Positions 38,225 through 52,400 of a DNA stretch of 64,000 nucleotides are shown here, in pieces (position 1 is the stretch's first letter; each line of letters begins with the position of its first letter). Both the position numbers and the translations under genes were made by a program. The DNA is from Rhina ancylostomus (Eukaryota): positions 29,654,382-29,718,381 of the forward strand of contig JARFYF010000036.1 in NCBI GenBank assembly GCA_030265395.1. Direction: 5' to 3'. Under the pieces are notes generated by a model. That model searched no databases. It was not told the DNA's origin and saw only the letters and a program-made list of their open reading frames with translations.

Positions 38225-40155
38225 GCAAACATTAAATTAAACAGTAGAAAATGTGTATTTAATTTACAGAAAATAGCACCATAACTTGCTTGTTCACCAA
38301 GTTTCATATGTTCAAAGATGTACACTAATATACAAAACAAGAGGATTTCAAGTTCATGTGTATGTTGAACAATTCTTCATTCTGTTTTAAAAAATTGTCT
38401 GAATTGCAATGTAATGCTAGCACTTATTACTAAATATAAACAATTATACTTTTTCTCAATACATTTTTGGGCAAATAATTTTTCAAATTACTACAAATGT
38501 TCTGGCAGTTCGTTTTACAACAGGCTACTGTCAACTCCCCAAAATAGTCAATTGATCAAATGTCAGTGATTACTGTGCTATAATCTGCATTTGAATGTTA
38601 TTTTTAACACAACTAATTTCAGTTAAATACATTCATCCACTTCAGAATCTTTGACCATTCATAACCATTCATTAACATTTAAGATCATTACTGAAGATGC
38701 AATTTTTCATTTCTGCCACAAAAGTGTTACTGGATTATTACAGATACAATAAAGTGCTCTAATGTTCAGTTGATGCAAAAACAATTTATAGATGCATCAT
38801 GTTCAAACATTGGAAGCACACAAGTTGGCAACTGATGAAAGTTAAAGACTCCTTGATCAAAAGTCAATCATTTCATTGTTCTAACAATTCACCATTGTGA
38901 GCAAATTGGCAGAAATTCTGTAACTGAGTGTACAGGTGGAGAGATGAACAAACATCTGTGTATGTTCTTTCATTTCTCAATTTTCCATTTACTGAGCCCA
39001 GGTAACTGCTGTTCATTTCTCTATATCTGCTCTAGGAATCTTTGGATATTTAAAGGTGAAAGCAAATGCACAATAAATTTAAAATTTATGTCTTCATTTT
39101 AAAGTTGGCATGGATTATGTGTAGCTTAGCCTGATATATAGGAATGAAGGTTAATGATGGATTTTCATAGAAAAATTAAAGTTTACATTTAAAAATAAAT
39201 AACACTGGTAANNNNNNNNNNNNNNNNNNNNNNNNNNNNNNNNNNNNNNNNNNNNNNNNNNNNNNNNNNNNNNNNNNNNNNNNNNNNNNNNNNNNNNNNN
39301 NNNNNNNNNNNTCATAGAAAAATTAAAGTTTACATATAAAAATAAATAACACTGGTAACTACATGGATATCTTAGGCTACCAGAGTCAAAATATTTGCTA
39401 CTGTAAGAAAACAAAACCTGGCCTGATTTATAAGATAGCAACATTCTTCTGGCTAATGGTAGCTTACATCCTGATATATGGTCTGGCAGGCAGTGGTGAT
39501 GCCAGGATATTTTTGAACTCCAAATATTAAGATTTGCTCCAGCGCACATCTTGCACCAGATTGTACCTCACGCTGTTCACTATTCTGGGTTTGAACATTT
39601 TATGTGGCACTTCCTTTGAAGAGTAAAATTCTTTTGATTAAATGGCCACCAACTGAAACATTTAAGATCTCATATAAAATCTTCAGCCTTTTAACCTGTT
39701 CAGCACTGAGACTAAGCTTTCAAAGTACTAGTATCTTTGTATGGACTAAATAAAATTGGAAATTTCTGTAAATGAGTAATTTAAAATAGAATTATATGTA
39801 CAAAGCAAATAGCATTTTTGAAATCAGTCATATTATTAAATGGTAATGCCAATATCTGGCAGAACATTACTGTTCTCAAAGGGTTAATAACACATGGACA
39901 GTAAACTACAGCCCTTGTTTCTGAAGATATTTAACTTGAATATGCAGTAATCCAGTTTGTTTTGCGTAGTGGTTCTTGATTTAAAAATCTAGATTGGCCA
40001 TGGACCATTACATTTCTAGTGTACTTCAGTCTGCCAGGTGTTTATGTTTGAAATGAGTATTTCCAGTTAGTTCATTGTGAGATTTACAGGAAGTATTTTA
40101 AATCGAATGATGGCCAATTCTTTCAGTTCTAGTTGCTCTTGTTACCTTGGTTTTG

Positions 40156-40493
40156 TCAGCTATTCATTGGTAAATCGTTCAGTAAAACACCACTGAATGT
40201 AGAGTACAGCTCCTCTGTTCCTGTGTAAGCTAATTTTCCTGACATGACAACAACACTGACTTCATCACCAGCTTTCAGCCTGAGAATTAGGCTGAATACA
40301 GCGAGGCCACCTCCAGGATGATTCTTAGTTTCATCCACTGAAATTTCTAGTAGTTCAGTCCTGTAGCCAGCTGTGTCCACTTGTGCAATGCTCACATTGG
40401 ATATTGTCAGCACAGCCTCAATGCGTTCATTTCTCTGCGGAGTCAATACAGCACTAATAAAATACTGTCCGCTGTGAGGGACGGTAAATATAC
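40156..40493 (-). CDS. EMILIN3: EMILIN gC1q domain exon 2 (terminal), stop TGA
   Basis: ttgcag|[29 protein letters not shown]...[13 protein letters not shown]...[16 protein letters not shown]. Confidence 0.95.
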
Positions 40494-43400
40494 CTGCAAA
40501 ACAAATGAAACAGATAACTTTAGATTCCTGTAGCCATGGGCTAGAACTGAAATCTTGGTCTGAAGACCGTACAAGGACCAGGCAATAATTATTTTCAGTA
40601 AGATCTGAGCCAACTACCATTGAGTTTCTACTCCGTCAGATCAGCATTTTGGGGGTAACCAATGATTAAATAAATACTGGGCCCAAAATAGCAAGTCAGA
40701 GCATGGGTAAGCTTACATGAATGAATAGGCTCTTAACTTCACAACGTCATACCGCCACTACAAGGCACAGATGGGGGAATGCAATAGAATATCTTCCACT
40801 TGGCTGGATTAACAGAGATCCAAGATGCTCAAGAAGTTAACATTATCCAGATTTCAGGACAAAACAATTTCTGGATTCATCGTCCACCACTACGTGCATT
40901 TCATCCACCATCTTAAATATTTCCTCTACAAATAGCTTTGGTATGTGCTAATCGCAAATAGTAATTGACAAGGCTTTTTTTAACAGCGCCTTCCAGATGT
41001 CCACCATGAACCACAGGTAAGTGGTTTTACTTTCAGAAATTTACGTCAAACACAGAACAGTACAGCACACAGCAATGATTTGTTTCTGGGGCTTGTAAAA
41101 TGGCTTATGCTGGTTTGAAATGATAAACTACTCTACCAATCAAGCGTCTGTGTGTTTGCCAGGGATGTCATACCTGTGTTGGGTGCATAATGCCCTCCAT
41201 CATTGATGAGAATTTTGTTGAACCTTACAACCCCATTATCGGCAGTGAAGGGCTCTTCAGTTAGACCAACAGAAAATACGACATGTTTTGTAAGAGCATT
41301 GTTTCCTATAAATAAAACATCAATGANNNNNNNNNNNNNNNNNNGTGATAGAAACTAAAGGATTTGTTGATTTTACTGACTGAATTGAAAATCCACCAAT
41401 AAATTTAATTACCAAACATGGACAGCAGTGTGCAATAATGGAAAACATTCATGCATATTGAAATATTTAATGAAAGTATTCTTGGGATAAATCTGCTGAT
41501 TTTTATCGAGGAACGAAACGCCTGGCCAGCTGGTTACTGCCAATGCAGGAAATGTTTGTGATGGAAAGAATCTGTTTAAGGCACTTCCTATGTTGGGAAC
41601 AGTAAACTGAACTGTCAAATGAGGTTAATCTTTGAATTTTATGCTTCCCTTAATTGGGTATACACCTGTGCTACATAGTTAATTGACCATTGGGTTATCA
41701 GTGTTTCAATTTAAAAAAACAGAATATGTGCATTTGCTGAATTTTCCAATGCTCTAAATTTATTAGTGCCAAGTAAAAATATTGAGATGCCACTGTCATT
41801 AGAACTTGTGGACAATCCTTTAATGCTGCCACCTGAGGTAGACTTGAACTTGATACAGATGTATGAAATAAACATTCTTGACCAGTGCATTTAAGTTAAG
41901 CCTATTCTTAACTCCAGATGGTTAGAACCACAAAGGACAAAACTGAAGTGAAACTTGGCACAATTATCAAGGAAAATATTCCCCAACTCTTCCATTAATC
42001 ACATTAAACTCCCATACATGCAGAGAATTCAAAAACTTGAACAAAGTTCAAAAAGAAACACCTTTGATGCATTCAATATGGTTCTGTCAGAAATGTTGCT
42101 ATTGATCATTGACCTTCTTGCGCAGCTCCCATAATACATACAGCATGTGATGCACATTGTGGCTAATGCTGTTGGCTTCTAACCCTGCCAGCTTGTCATT
42201 TTCCTTCCATTGACTGTGGTGGGGATAATAGTTTTGTCCAGTCATTGCAGGAGGAGAGAAAACCAAGACTGGAATATCACTCTCAAATTAAGAAAACTGG
42301 GCACTCTGTGGTAAACTACTGAATAAAAAATCTTGCCAATTGGGAGTAAACTAGAATTTGGAAGGTTTTAGCTTTGTCTCTGCCCAACAGGCTCACACTT
42401 ATCCTCTTCACTGACCTGGAAATGCTCCTGTTTTACTGCAGGCCTCAGAGGAAGGGTACTCCTTGGGGTCTTATAAATACCCACTGTGCAATAAGCTGCT
42501 CACATAATGTAGTCTTGCACCCAGACATTGTTTACTTTGGAATGGCACCGTTAATTGAAAGATCATCAATTAATCATTTTATGTACACAAGGAAAGGGAA
42601 TTTCTAAGGCACCTTGCACATAGATTTCCGGATGTCCCAAAGAACTTTGATGTACTTCTGATGCTTTGTCACTGGATAGTGTTGGAAAAGTGTTAGCTAA
42701 CTGGAGTATGGTGACTTCTCACAAATAATTTGTTCATTAACAATAAGTAGTGTAGGATAAATACAGATCAATGCACTGGGGAAATCGCCCAGTTCAAAAT
42801 AGTGCCACGGGGTTTGTCTTTTCACACACATACGAGAGTGAGTAGGCCTTTGATTTACTGTCTCACTGATGGCACTTCCAACAGTGCAGCACTTTCTCAG
42901 TACTCCACTGGTATTGGTTAATTATTGTCACTTGTACCAAGGTGCAGCGAAAAACTTGCCTTGCATACCGATGTAGTGTTAGTCTGAGGCATGACTATCA
43001 GATACCAAAATTAGAAGAAAAAAAGTTTCTAAACTGAATGACAAAGTCAGAAATGGATTTATTAGGCTTGATAATAAGGGATTCTGCTTTAGTTCACAAG
43101 AACAAAAGTTATGGATTCTGTACACTGGAGTTGAGCTTTTGGCAATTGGATTCAATAGAGACCTCCTGCATTCAATGGTTTATGGGTAAAATATAACTTC
43201 TCATCGTGGATGAATGCATCCAATTTTAAAATAGGAGACACCAGAGTACAGAGGATATACAATAACTGCCATTTACATAGTTTGTATAATGTCTCTCAGT
43301 TCTTCAGATCTACCCAGACATAATGGATGATATAACAAAGAGCAGCTATCTAGATCAAAAGTGTGTGCATGAGGGATTGCAAAAGGATATATCACATCAG

Positions 43401-46400
43401 TTGTTAATGATTAAGCAATTCACACATCTACATTGTATCTGCAATAGAACAAAGCAAACTTCTAATCTAGGAACCATTTGCTAGTTAAGTCAATAGCCAT
43501 TCTGATCAGTAGCTCAAATAAACAAGTTGCTTAAATAAAAGAAACGAACTTGGGTGTGCCCACAGGGATAGTAAATACTAAATGGCAGAGGCACAAATCT
43601 TCATTCCACTTGAGTGCAGTAAATTTAAAATATAAACATGGGTGAAGTTTCATTACAGTGTAATTATCTGACAACATATGGAATACACATAATTTTCCAC
43701 TCTATACAAAAGAGGGCTTTTCCCCATCCTATTTTTAACCCATTTGATACTTATTAAAATTTAAAAATCTAACTAAAAATCAGAAAAAAATTGATGCTTT
43801 ATAAAATCTAATTCAATGCTATGTTTTTTGTAAAAGCATTAAAATTTCCAGCTCAATTATCTCCAAAAATTCAATGTTAATAATATAGGTACTTCTGGCA
43901 GCAGTGCTGCACATTACTGATTATTCTTGACAGACCATTTTAATGCAATTGGAGAGGGGAAATTAAAGTTACGACAGCTGACAGAAATGTACTCTTATGG
44001 GAAAATCAGTAACGGCAATTTCAAGAAGTTGCAAGCTGAAAGTGGAAAAATATCTCTACAGCACCTTACTGGAATACCTTACAGCAATATTATCAAACAG
44101 AACTTGACATCAAGCCACTTGAGACATTTAGGCCAGGTGACTGAAAGTTTGGCCAAGGAAGTAGATGTCAGGGAGTGTCTGAAAGTAAAGACAGATACAG
44201 AAAGACAGCTTGGGAAAATTTCCAGAGCATTGGGTTTCGGCAACATAAGCCATGACTGTGGAGAGATGGAAATTGGGATTCTCATGACTCCAGTATTAGA
44301 ACAGCACAGATCTTGAAAGATTATATACTAGGAGGTGGTTATAGATTGGAAGGAGCATGGACATAGAGGGGTTTGGAGGTCAGGGTGGTAGAGGATGATT
44401 ATGAAAACTGAGAATTTTAAAATCATAGTGGGAGCCACTAGGTGGTGTACAAACAGGACTTGGTGTGAATTAGAATATGGGCCGCAGAATTTTTGATCAG
44501 CTTCAATTTACACAGGACACGATGTGATGACCACCACAAGAGCATGGGAATGAAGATTTGAGGGAACAATGGCAGAGATGAGGGTTAGCTGCAGATGACT
44601 GAAGGCAGGTATTATGATGAAAGTATCTTGGTGAGGTTGAGACTTTGATTGGAAGTTCAGCTCAGAGTAGGCTCAGTTGTCAAGCTGGCAAACAGTCTGG
44701 CTCTGTCTCTGTAGCTAGGAACATTGGTGAAGTCAGTAGTAGGGGAATACAGTCTATAGTGGGCAATAGTTTAGGTTGCCCCAATTTCAACCATTACAGA
44801 AGGCCAGAAGCAAATCAGAGATGGTACACAGACGCAGAGATAGAGNNNNNNNNNNNNNNNNNNNNNNNNNNNNNNNNNNNNNNNNNNNNNNNNNNNNNNN
44901 NNNNNNNNNNNNNNNNNNNNNNNNNNNNNNNNNNNNNNNNNNNNNACGCAGAGATAGAGCTGTGTGCTGTCAGCATGTGTGTGGAACTTTATAAAATAAC
45001 ACCCAATTACATGATTCCCATTTTGATTCTCCCCACTTTCCCATCAACTTCCCTCAGATTCTACCACTCACCTACACACTAAGGGCAATTTACAGTAGCT
45101 ATTTAAACTACCAACCTACACAGGAAACTGGAGGAAACCCATAGCAGAATGTGCAATCTCCACACAGACAGCACCAGAGGTCAGGATTGAATTCAGGTCA
45201 CTGGAAGTGTGAACAGCTTTACCAGCTGACATTGCCAAGAGAGATCTGGCTGTGCTATATGTTATTCAGTCAGTTACAGCAAACTGCAACAAAATCATCT
45301 CTAAGCCAACCAAAATTGACTCTGGAACGATTCTAAAATTTGGAAATTTATTTGCAGATATCAAACTTCAATCGTTTGTGATGGTCTACAATACCAGTAT
45401 TTTTAATGTTACATACTGTTTTTAGGAAAATATATAGTTTGGGATTTTAAAATATTTCTTTGTAACTTGAGTAATTTTACCTGATGATCCTGGAGGGCCT
45501 ATGGGTCCTTGTAGACCTGAAATTCAAAATAACACAATTACGTTTTGGAACTCTGCCACTGTTTAGAGTTTGGCATTTAACTCCATACATTTATACTGGC
45601 AGATTTTATTTAATAGTTTTGACTTGATGCACGTAATTTCCTATGACAAATTAACTACTGTTGTTGAAAGTGTCATGAGTTTGCTGTTTTGCATTCAATT
45701 ATTGATAGTATACAAAATTGAGGTACTTAATTGTTTATCTGAAATGCAAAATGATCAACTGCCAATCAGAGAAGTTCAGAAGTTGACCCATGGAAAACTG
45801 GAAGATTTCACTGTGATAAAACTTTAAACTTAAATTAAATCTTGCTACTAGAATCCAAAAGAATGAATTAATCTTGTAAAGTAGGCTTTTAAAAAAAAAG
45901 CACATTCAAGCCCTTCTCCTGATAGACATGATTTATTCATATCACCAAGCTCCATTTATGTGCAATGGATGTGGTTTTGCTTCAATACCACCAATTACTT
46001 GCATCAATGTTGTCGGCTGTGTATATCGTAGCTTCTTTTACCATCTATCACATGAACCGTGCGGGTGACATGGATAAGTTAAAGGGAGTTTCTGGCACCT
46101 ATTTAATCTGAATCAGCCAATTTCCAATCACAACACATTATACAATGATTTAATATGATTTGGATGTTCTTTCTTGACCTAAAATGCTTTTAGAAATCAC
46201 TGCCAATATTTTATAAGCTGAGAATGGATTCTTAAAACTGCCAACTGATTCTCTGTTACTCCCTTCTAAAACAGTGAAACTAAAAATAGTCGTCTCATTC
46301 CCATTAAATAAATTATGGAAAGTTAATTGGAAAAGAGTTTAATGCCTTTTTCACTAAATAGCCATCCTGAATATTCAACTAATTAGACAATTATTTCAAA

Positions 46401-49400
46401 GAACTGGCACAGACTTCACTGGTCTTTCTGTATCATTCTAATAAATTTTAAAGATCTACTCATAATAACTAGGTTAGTTTCTGTACAGGAGACAAAGCTG
46501 CTTTCATGAACTAAAATGTGTGAAAAAGGCCACAAAGTACACCAACTGTAATTTATCTCCAAAAATGTTTTAAAATAATTACAGCCAATTAAAGATTTGC
46601 CATTGGAAATAGTTGCTATACTCTCCTTTGTAACAGTTAAAATTATAGAAAAATAAACTATCTGTTAAATCATCTGTACTTTTAACAGTACATCATTATC
46701 ATGAAGCATTTACAATAAGCATGATAACCTATTGCTGATAAATTATAAGACCTGTTTCATGCAGCAGGTCTAATGAGATCTTAAAGAGGTTTGATCTGTT
46801 ATGTGAAGATGAATCTCTATGATTAGATAAGTACCTCAAATTCATTTACTCTTCATAACAGATTTTGTTTCCAAAATGCCATTTAATTACAGCTGAGATA
46901 TGAGAAATTTCATGATGGATTGCAAAGTGTATTAAAGAAGAAGGTGATTCAGATGAAGGATTCAAAAAATTATTGACATGATGAAGTGTTTTTAATAGTC
47001 TGTGAACAATTTGTCTCCAGTCTCTTCTGTTCTAATTTTAGGAACCCTTTTTCAAAGTGCATAATTTAATTGTGCTTTCTGACAAGTGTTCAGCTGACAT
47101 GTTAAAGTATGTTGATGTGAGGCCTCAAATATTACTGTTGATTTTCAAAATGATATTTTCAAAATGAACAGTGATATTTGAGACTCCACATAGAACATTA
47201 CAGCATAGTACAGGCCCTTCGGCCCAAAATGTTGTGCTGATGCTTTATCCTGCTCTGAGATCTATCTAACCCTTCCCTCCCACATAGCCCTCTATTTCTC
47301 TATCATTCGTGTGTCTAAGANNNNNNNNNNNNNNNNNNNNNNNNNNNNNNNNNNNNNNNNNNNNNNNNNNNNNNNNNNNNNNNNNNNNNNNNNNNNNNNN
47401 NNNNNNNNNNNNNNNNNNNNNNNNNNNNNNNNNNNNNNNNNNNNNNNNNNNNNNNNNNNNNNNNNNNNNNNNNNNNNNNNNNNNNNNNNNNNNNNNNNNN
47501 NNNNNNNNNNNNNNNNNNNNNNNNNNNNNNNNNNNNNNNNNNNNNNNNNNNNNNNNNNNNNNNNNNNNNNNNNNNNNNNNNNNNNNNNNNNNNNNNNNNN
47601 NNNNNNNNNNNNNNNNNNNNNNNNNNNNNNNNNNNNNNNNNNNNNNNNNNNNNNNNNNNNNNNNNNNNNNNNNNNNNNNNNNNNNNNNNNNNNNNNNNNN
47701 NNNNNNNNNNNNNNNNNNNNNNNNNNNNNNNNNNNNNNNNNNNNNNNNNNNNNNNNNNNNNNNNNNNNNNNNNNNNNNNNNNNNNNNNNNNNNNNNNNNN
47801 NNNNNNNNNNNNNNNNNNNNNNNNNNNNNNNNNNNNNNNNNNNNNNNNNNNNNNNNNNNNNNNNNNNNAAAACATTCCTGCTGATATCAAAAGTCCCATT
47901 AAGATTAAAAGTCTTCGTACTTGTGGTTTAATCTTTGATGTCATAGCCAAATTGGGGCAGTGTTGATAACTGAATTGAATACTTAACGTGTTTCAAGAGC
48001 TCAGAGTCATTGTGAATGATTTTGCTGACAAGCAGTGGAATCGTCCAATAACCACAATGCTAATAAACAGCTCTTGTTAATGAGTTGGGTTAAGCTGCTT
48101 TTAAGTTTTAAAAAATATTTCAGCAATTTATTTTGTGACCTCCGATTTGCCCCATTGTTTTCAAAGGCTTATTCAAAACACTGAGGAAGATTTGGGTCTT
48201 GGCACTGAAGTACCAGTGGATGAATATCCATTGATTTTTCAATGAAAAATGTGCTCTAAAACTGCTATATGAGATGCTGAAAATGTTAAGTACCCTAGTA
48301 TTAATGTAATAAAGCTTCTATTGTTGGAGAGAAGAGAAATCTGAGAGGTATACATCAGCAAAGTTGGCTCAAACTAAATCCACAGTCTTAATATCATCTG
48401 CAAACTTACTAATCGTGCCTCCTACATTCACATCTTTGTTAGGTATCTTGAGACATCAGTTTGCCTCTTAGCTAGAGGAATCAGTAGGCTATGGGTTCAA
48501 TTCCAACTGAGGACATAATCATGGTTTCATATGTTTTAAAATGAATTGATAATGCATGTTTTAATTGCAATTTCTCAAAACTATAATCTGAAAATCATTA
48601 TGGTATTGGGAAAATAATTAGACTGGTGGTGTTGATGTGTTTTAGGCAAGATGAAAACCAAAGCTACATTGGACAGTATTAAAGGATATCCATGATCTAA
48701 TGGCGCAATTCAAAGAACAAGGTGTTTTACTGCCGGGGCCAATATTTTCTTCTCAACTAACATAAGCAAACAAATATTAATTATTGTATACAGACTGGGT
48801 GGACTGTTTTGTGATGAAACACCAGTGACTACTCATTAAAAGCTATTTTTTGTCTTCATTGGACATGGGCGTCACTGGCAATGCCACAGTTTATTATTTA
48901 TTTCTAATTGCCTTTGAACTTAGTGACTTGTTGGACCATTTCAGAGGCAATTAAGAGTAAATTGCATTGCTGTGGACCTGCTGTCACACTGAGTAAAGAT
49001 GGCAGATTTCATCCTGAAAGATGTGAGGACACAAGATGAGATTTACTGACAAACTGCTAGTTTCATCATTGATGCCAGGTTTTTAATTCAAAATTTATTC
49101 AAATGCTTTAATCTAAATTTTGCAGCTACTATGGAGCAGTGTTCAGAATCGATAATCCAAGCTATGGATATTAGTCCACGAACTTAACCATGCTATCGTA
49201 CCCCTTACTGATTTCACTCTATTTTGGGAAAGCTAAGAACATTGTCATATTAATGTAAATTCTTCCAAATAGATTACAGCAATGGATTGGAACAAATTTG
49301 AAAACAATTATGGAGTAGTTAGTTCAGAAATAAACTGGGGACCTTTCCTGAGGACTTTGCCAAATTATATTGTTAGATCAATGTGCCTGGACAGGCAATA

Positions 49401-52400
49401 AGTAATAAAATATTTGTTTAATCTTTACAAGCTAAACAGTGATGCTAGTCACTTATTTTAATGGAGTCCTTACCAGGGCCGTATAAGAGCCAAGTATTTT
49501 TAATCACAGAATCAAATCTCAAATTCTCATTAATACAGTATGAATTTGGTGAGACCGTGGCATTGCAGATGTACTGAAAAAAATTTGCTTCCCAGAAGAT
49601 TTGTGAATGAACACTGGGAGGCATTCATATATTTTAATTGCAAATTCTCAAAATTATATTTTCACCACGAAACAATAAACCACATATTTCAGGATTCAGT
49701 GCAGTAATGGCTTACGTATTAACTTGATTAAAATGCATATTTATAAATGAATTGGATTTCCTACCATAAGTCAATAATTACAACACATGCTAAAGTTTTG
49801 CCAAATCTGCTTATTCACCAAGTTTCTTGGAAAATCAGTATGTTGGTCAAACTGGGTCTGCAGGTGTAAATCATCCATCACAATGAAAAATCATCATTAA
49901 GAAGTCTTCATAAGAAACTAAGAAAATAAAAACTGCAGATGCTGGAAATACTCCATGGGTCAACATTTTGTGGAGGCAGAAACAGAGTTAACATTTCCTA
50001 TCAATGACCCTTCTCTGCTTCTCTCTCCACAGAATGCTGCCTAAGCTGCTCAATAGTTCGAGCGCTTTGTTTTTATTTCTTAAGAGGCTAAAACAACAAC
50101 AGTAATAGAAATTTATGGGATTATTAATTAGGTGATTTCAAATCCAGTCACCATTTTCAACATGCAGACAAAAACGTTCAGAGACCCTAATCGCACAGCC
50201 CTGGTTACTAATCAGCTGGCTCCTAATGAGTTAGTTTGTCTATTCTTTAACAGAGCATGGGTGTTGCCCTCATGTTACTGAGAACGTAACCAAGTCTGGA
50301 AGTTGCAAAACATGCATTTTCTGGTAAGGTATATCAAAATGGAGTAACAATGTGGCTATTTTATCTCTGAATCCCTCACAGATCAAGGGCTCCAAGTGTA
50401 GGATCCCTACATCCATCGTCAATGTTCCAACTTTCAAACTGTAATGGTGCANNNNNNNNNNNNNNNNNNNNNNNNNNNNNNNNNNNNNNNNNNNNNNNNN
50501 NNNNNNNNNNNNNNNNNNNNNNNNNNNNNNNNNNNNNNNNNNNNNNNNNNNTCATGGTTGTGAACTGTTTGAGTGTGGCATATGTGAGCCCTATCATTGG
50601 AGTGATGGTCACAATGCATATTTCCAACAGTGGATATACGTGACTAACAAATGGACACGACTGGGAGATTTTAACTTTTGCGTTATTTTGTCTGTGGAGG
50701 AAATGATAATTTGAAGTCTGGGATAATTGGAACTGCTGCAATTTTGAGTTTGTGATAACTAATCCAAGCTGACCCAAGTCAGCAAAATCCTCTCTTATCT
50801 TTTAATTAATGTGTCAACATGTAATCATATGTTCTCCAGTAGTAAATGAGATGCTAAGTGTGAATACAACCATTATTTTAAACCAAAGGATCATTGATTT
50901 TCTGCTACTTTACATCTACAATAGATGTAACGTAGCACAGTTACATCTGTTTACCCAAATGAAAGGAATAGTGACAACTGCATGTCTGAACAAGAAATCC
51001 AGTAGCCTGGACTAATGACCCCACCATGGCTACTGTAGAATTTAAACTGAATCAATTAAGATTATCAGTAACAAAGAAAAAACTTGCATCAAAAATCATG
51101 AACATGACACTGAGCTTTTCTGACTGTAGACCCACAGGAATGTGGTTGGTTTTTAGCTGCCTTCTGAAATGGCCGAGCAAGCTACTATATGTGAAACTCT
51201 GATAAATCTTAATGAATGTAAAACAGATGGACCACTTGGCCAAACCTAGGCACCAGATTTGGCAACAAAGCCAGTCAGTTCTGCCACGTCCTTCTCACAA
51301 ATATTGAGGATCGTGCCCATGTTGTGGGAGAGCTGTTGTATTGTCTAGTCAAGAAACTGCCTAATGTAGGGCTGGATGGTCCAAATGGATGTTTGCCTCA
51401 ACTTACAGATCATTTGTCGCTGCGAACTGTGGTTACAGCCCTGGTGAACTGCCGCCAGAGCTCAGCTGGCTAGGCTCCAGCTGCCTCTGTGTCACTCGCT
51501 GATCTTAGGCAGTCAGGACTATTGGGGGTGGGGGTAATGTGATCAGCCCCACTGAGTGCTGATGATGTCCAATGCTTGGTCCTCCCAGGTGATTGATAGA
51601 AAAACCCTTACAGGCATGGATGTGGTGAATAGCTTCACCTCACTCCCAGCCCAAAAGGATGCTACTTGGAAATGAGAGGTGGCTCCAGAGATATGGCAAG
51701 TGTCCCTATTTTCCAGGGCCTTGTCACGATCCTATAATATGGGAGTGCAGTGTGGTACCACAGGCCCAGACTAGGAGAAGACCTTGGTCTTCCAGATGTT
51801 GATTGCAACACCCATCCTCTAATGTGCCTCTCATATGGGGAAAGCCTGTTCTTTCCATTAAGACAGTTCTACTGGTGCAGGGTCCAACCTGAGCTGAAGT
51901 CAGAGGCAGCTATCCCGAGGTGCTGGGGAACTGCAGGAAGTGTGCATTCTCTCCTTGGATTCCACACCATTACATATGCCCACAGAGCAACATTTAACTG
52001 GAGCAAGAGGATAGACTGCAACTTTAAGTGCAAGATTGAGGCCATGATATCTCATGACTTCAGATAGATAGATATTTATTTGTCATATGTACATCAAAAC
52101 ACACAGTGAAATCATCTTTTTGAGTTTCTGAGAATGTGCTGGGGGGGGCAGCCCGCAAGTGTTGCCACTCTTCTGGCGCCAACATAGCACGCCCACAGCT
52201 CCTAACCTGTACGTCTTTGGAATGTGGGAGGAAACCGAAGCACCCGGAGGAAACCCACGCAGACACATGGGGAGAATGTACAAACTCCTTACAGACAGCG
52301 GCGGGAATTGAGCCCGGGTCGCTGGCGCTGTAATAGCGTTACACTAACTGGTACACTACCGTGCTCAAGCATCAGGTCAAACATTAACAACAAAACCAAC

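Noticed and set aside
39165-39358. 47-bp direct repeat (39165-39211 and 39312-39358) with one mismatch
   Set aside because: It flanks a 100-N placeholder gap, so it is most likely an unmerged contig overlap at a heterozygous site, not a real repeat.
42620-42990. Possible ancient Deu-type SINE remnant (also 21445-21560)
   Set aside because: Resemblance is from memory only and too degraded to call without a profile search.
44832-44959. acgcagagatagag repeated on both sides of a gap
   Set aside because: Same assembly-overlap artifact around a 100-N gap.
46042-46098. Possible minus-strand EMILIN exon (aatag|gtgcc...gatg|gtaaaa)
   Set aside because: No polypyrimidine tract, length about 58 nt breaks the phase-1 frame, and no EMILIN-like peptide.
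52270-52365. tRNA-like A/B boxes (also near 61830-61893)
   Set aside because: These are SINE heads; no complete cloverleaf, and they run straight into the V-SINE core.
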